DNA from: Nanopusillaceae archaeon
GTDB taxonomy: Archaea > Nanobdellota > Nanobdellia > Nanobdellales > Nanobdellaceae
Assembly (NCBI GenBank): GCA_049973735.1
Contig: JBMFJL010000037.1
Span: 1-5,831, forward strand
DNA: 5,831 bases
Direction of reading: 5' to 3'
Below, in pieces: positions 3,696 to 5,831 of this stretch. Within the stretch, counting starts at the first letter, position 1, and each line of letters begins with the position of its first letter. Made by a program: the position numbers and the translations under genes. Under the pieces are notes generated by a model. The model was not told where the DNA came from and did no database searches. It saw nothing but the letters and a program-made list of their open reading frames with translations.

Positions 3696-5378
3696 TTAAT
3701 AGCTTTTTCCTACATATACATAATATTTTGCATCATTACCACATACTATACATTTTTTATTGCTAGCTAATTCTGGTTCTATATCCGTTCCTCTCACATC
3801 TAAATTATAATTTTCTTTTAATTTATTTGCGCATTCTTCATTCATACAAAATGGAACCTTAAATACTACATTCTTATCTAAGTTTCTTTCTATTTCTTTT
3901 AAATCATCCACTTTTAATATCTTTTCCTCTAAATATTTCTTTGTTCTTTCTTTCATTTCGTTTTCATAAATTTCCACAACTTTTTCTATACCGCTTAATA
4001 AGTTATCCAATTGAAATACAAAACTTTTGGATTTTTCATTGTATTTTCTCATAGATACTGTTACAGAGTTTTCTTCAATTTCTTTTTTTCCTATCTCAAT
4101 CCTTATTGGCACTCCAATCTGCTCATATTGGTTAAATTTCCATCCAGGACTCTTTGTTTCATCTTTATCTATTTTTACGCGATATTTATCCTTTAACAAA
4201 TTATATACTTTTTCACAATATTCTATTACTTTTTTCTTTTCTTCTTCAGAATAATATATTGGAATTATTACTATCTGTATTGGTGCTATGCTAAATGGCA
4301 AAATTGCCCCCTTATTGTCACCATGTATACCAATAACTGCTGCAAGAGTTCTCATAGACAAACCAAAAGATGTTTGCCAAGCATATTTGTGTTTTTTCAT
4401 TTCCTTATTGGATATTTCTTTGATTTTATTTAATAAAAATTCTATTAATTCTTTGTTATCTTCCGATATTTCTTTATTTTTAATATTTAACTCTGCTTCA
4501 TAAATAATTTTTTCTTGATTTTCCTCTATCAATGATATTTTTACTTTATTATCTGTTATGGTTATTAAGTACTTTCCTCCACTATTATCATATGCTTCAA
4601 ATTTATTTTTGTCTATTTTTACAAATGGATGAATGTCTTCAAAAATTATCTCAAATGCTTTTGAGAAGTTTCTACCAAGTAAATGTGTTGTACCTATTTG
4701 TAAAAATCTTCCATCTGGCATTACTGTCTCTGCAGCAAATGTATAATCTGCACCAGCAAATTTATCCCATTCTGGTCTTTTAACCCATATATGTGGTATA
4801 CTTAGATAATCCCAAAATAGCTTTGAATATATTTCCATAGATTTTTTAATCATCTTTTCTGCGTCATCTAAATCTTTATGAACAGTATGAGCTTCATTCC
4901 ATAAAATTTCTCTACCTCTTATCAATGGTTTGGTAGCTTTTGTTTCATATCTATAGACTGTATTTGTCATGTAAGTCAACAAAGGCAAATCTCTATATGA
5001 TCTTATCCATAGAGAAAACATAAAATACATTTCTGTTTCTGATGTTGGTCTCAAAACATATTTAATTTCTTTTTCTTCTTCGATTGGCTTTGCTGGAGTT
5101 ACATAGAATACTTCTTTTTCAAATCCTTTTATATGCTCAGATTCTTTTTTAAATATCTCATATGGTATCAATATTGGAAACCAATATGGATCGAAGCCAT
5201 TTTTTTCCAATTCTTTTTCTAATAATGATAAAATATTTCTAATTAACCTATAACCATAACTAGTATAAACAGGCATACCTTTAACCGGATATCTATCATC
5301 TATTATCGGTATGGTTCTTACAATTTCATTATACCACTCTGAAAAGTTGCTATCCTTATTAATTTTGTCTTTGTTCAT
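3696..5378 (-). CDS. proS: prolyl-tRNA synthetase, archaeal/eukaryote-like type, with Zn-ribbon C-terminal domain and a ~80-aa internal insertion
   Basis: The sequence is collinear with Methanocaldococcus ProRS as I remember it: FSEWY, LRPTSET, YRYETKATKPLIRGREILWNEAHT (motif 2), RPEWDKFAGADYT, FSKAFEIIFE, YAWQTSFGLSMRTLAAVIGIHGDNKG (motif 3) and APIQIVIIP (anticodon-binding domain). It ends in the conserved terminal Tyr (GKSY). Four Cys residues (C511, C516, C543, C546) form a CxxxxC...CxxC motif. Confidence 0.95.
   Translation of the reverse strand: MNKDKINKDSNFSEWYNEIVRTIPIIDDRYPVKGMPVYTSYGYRLIRNILSLLEKELEKNGFDPYWFPILIPYEIFKKESEHIKGFEKEVFYVTPAKPIEEEKEIKYVLRPTSETEMYFMFSLWIRSYRDLPLLTYMTNTVYRYETKATKPLIRGREILWNEAHTVHKDLDDAEKMIKKSMEIYSKLFWDYLSIPHIWVKRPEWDKFAGADYTFAAETVMPDGRFLQIGTTHLLGRNFSKAFEIIFEDIHPFVKIDKNKFEAYDNSGGKYLITITDNKVKISLIEENQEKIIYEAELNIKNKEISEDNKELIEFLLNKIKEISNKEMKKHKYAWQTSFGLSMRTLAAVIGIHGDNKGAILPFSIAPIQIVIIPIYYSEEEKKKVIEYCEKVYNLLKDKYRVKIDKDETKSPGWKFNQYEQIGVPIRIEIGKKEIEENSVTVSMRKYNEKSKSFVFQLDNLLSGIEKVVEIYENEMKERTKKYLEEKILKVDDLKEIERNLDKNVVFKVPFCMNEECANKLKENYNLDVRGTDIEPELASNKKCIVCGNDAKYYVYVGKSY
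3704..3708 (+). terminator. oligo-T tract, possible terminator for the RNase P-like RNA
   Basis: TTTTT lies 9 nt downstream of the last paired nt of the terminal helix. Archaeal RNA polymerase terminates at oligo-T. The tract sits inside the last codons of the convergent proS gene (antisense of GKS). Confidence 0.3.
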
Positions 5379-5447
5379 ATTGAATTAGAAACAGCAATTA
5401 TATTTTTAAAATTTTGTAGATTAATATTTAATCATACATGACATGAG
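5379..5447. promoter_or_regulatory. divergent promoter spacer between proS (-) and the 23S rRNA gene (+)
   Basis: This 69-nt A+T-rich spacer has TATA-like runs. TTATATTTTTAAAA (about 5398-5411) is centred ~26 nt from the proS ATG, which fits a leaderless mRNA. TTAATATTTAAT (5421-5432) is ~20-30 nt before the G+C-rich leader starts. Not discriminating in this base composition. Confidence 0.3.
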
Positions 5448-5470
5448 CTTCCTTACTCAAGGTAAGGAAG
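5448..5470 (+). other. perfect 9-bp hairpin in the 23S rRNA 5' leader
   Basis: CTTCCTTAC (5448-5456), loop TCAAG, GTAAGGAAG (5462-5470). The arms are exact reverse complements. It lies about 40 nt upstream of the estimated mature 23S 5' end. Confidence 0.5.
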
Positions 5471-5509
5471 TGAGCCTGATACTTAAGATGAGGGGTATGA
5501 AGGGAGTTA

Positions 5510-5831
5510 TATGGTCTCAGTAACCCGTCCGGTGGATGCCTTGGCTCGGGGGCCGAAGAAGGGCGCGGCAAGCTGCGAAAAGCCCGTGGGAGGTGCATGC
5601 AACCGTTGATCACGGGATCCCCGAATGGGATATCCTGCCGGTTTATCCGGCGTCCCGTAAGGGACGGGAACGCGGGGAAGGGAAACATCCTAGTACCCGC
5701 AGGAAGAAAAAACAAAATGTGATTCCCTCAGTAGGGGCGACCGAAAGGGGAATAGCCCAAATCGAATCCTCTGGAGTAATCCAGAGGAGATGTGAGGTAG
5801 AGGGGCGGGGGCTTTCCGTTATTATGCTTTC
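5510..5831 (+). rRNA. rrl: 23S (LSU) rRNA, 5' part; the gene continues past the right window edge; mature 5' end estimated to +/-20 nt
   Basis: GGTGGATGCCTTGGC at 5531-5545 matches the universal 23S 5' motif GGUGGAUGCCyUGGC. GAAGAAGGGCGCGGCAAGCTGCGAAAAGCC matches GAUGAAGGACGUGCnAAnCUGCGAUAAGC. CCCGAATGGG is present. GGAAACATCCTAGTACCCGCAGGAAGAAAA...GATTCCCTCAGTAGGGGCGACCGAAAGGGGAATAGCCC matches E. coli GAAACAUCUAAGUACCCCGAGGAAAAGAAA...GAUUCCCCCAGUAGCGGCGAGCGAACGGGGAGCAGCCC. Confidence 0.95.

Noticed and set aside
4011-4783. Four + strand ORFs of 61-83 aa (4011-4196, 4027-4254, 4288-4503, 4532-4783)
   Set aside because: All are antisense shadows inside the strongly supported proS gene. They are F/L/I/S-rich translations typical of the reverse strand of K/E/N-rich coding sequence.
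5428-5715. 95-aa ORF on the - strand (MFFLPAGTRMFPFPAF...)
   Set aside because: It lies entirely antisense within the 23S rRNA 5' region and leader. It is P/R/G/S-rich, the expected product of G+C-rich structural RNA, and its composition is unlike every real protein in the window.
1-5831. CRISPR arrays, IS elements or transposases, integrases, large repeats
   Set aside because: No spaced direct repeats, terminal inverted repeats or transposase- or integrase-like ORFs were seen. All long ORFs are accounted for by housekeeping or hypothetical genes.

Overview
This is an A+T-rich, very tightly packed archaeal window. The proteins are K/I/N/E/Y-rich, and uL30, L10e and ProRS are all archaeal-type. 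Two G+C-rich islands stand out, and both are RNA genes. The + strand carries uL30 (5'-truncated by the window edge), uL16/L10e and a HAD-IA phosphatase. The - strand carries a translationally coupled block: a possible 52-aa membrane ORF, a 147-aa helical hypothetical, a MinD/ParA ATPase, an 89-aa N-terminal-only piece of diphthamide synthase Dph2, and a small 2-TM protein. Next comes a 235-nt structured RNA (3461-3695, +) that I read as a very compact RNase P RNA. It has CR-I, CR-IV and CR-V motifs and a P4 helix with the conserved bulged U, but no room for a P3 hairpin. A convergent archaeal-type prolyl-tRNA synthetase follows, carrying a roughly 80-aa lineage-specific insertion. The window ends with the 5' end of a 23S rRNA gene that has no 16S or tRNA upstream. 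Gene overlaps, a fragmented ribosomal-protein cluster, the unlinked 23S, a gene fragment and GC-rich RNAs in AT-rich DNA suggest a reduced-genome thermophilic archaeon (Nanoarchaeota/DPANN-like). That taxonomic call is inference only. I saw no CRISPR array, transposase or tRNA.
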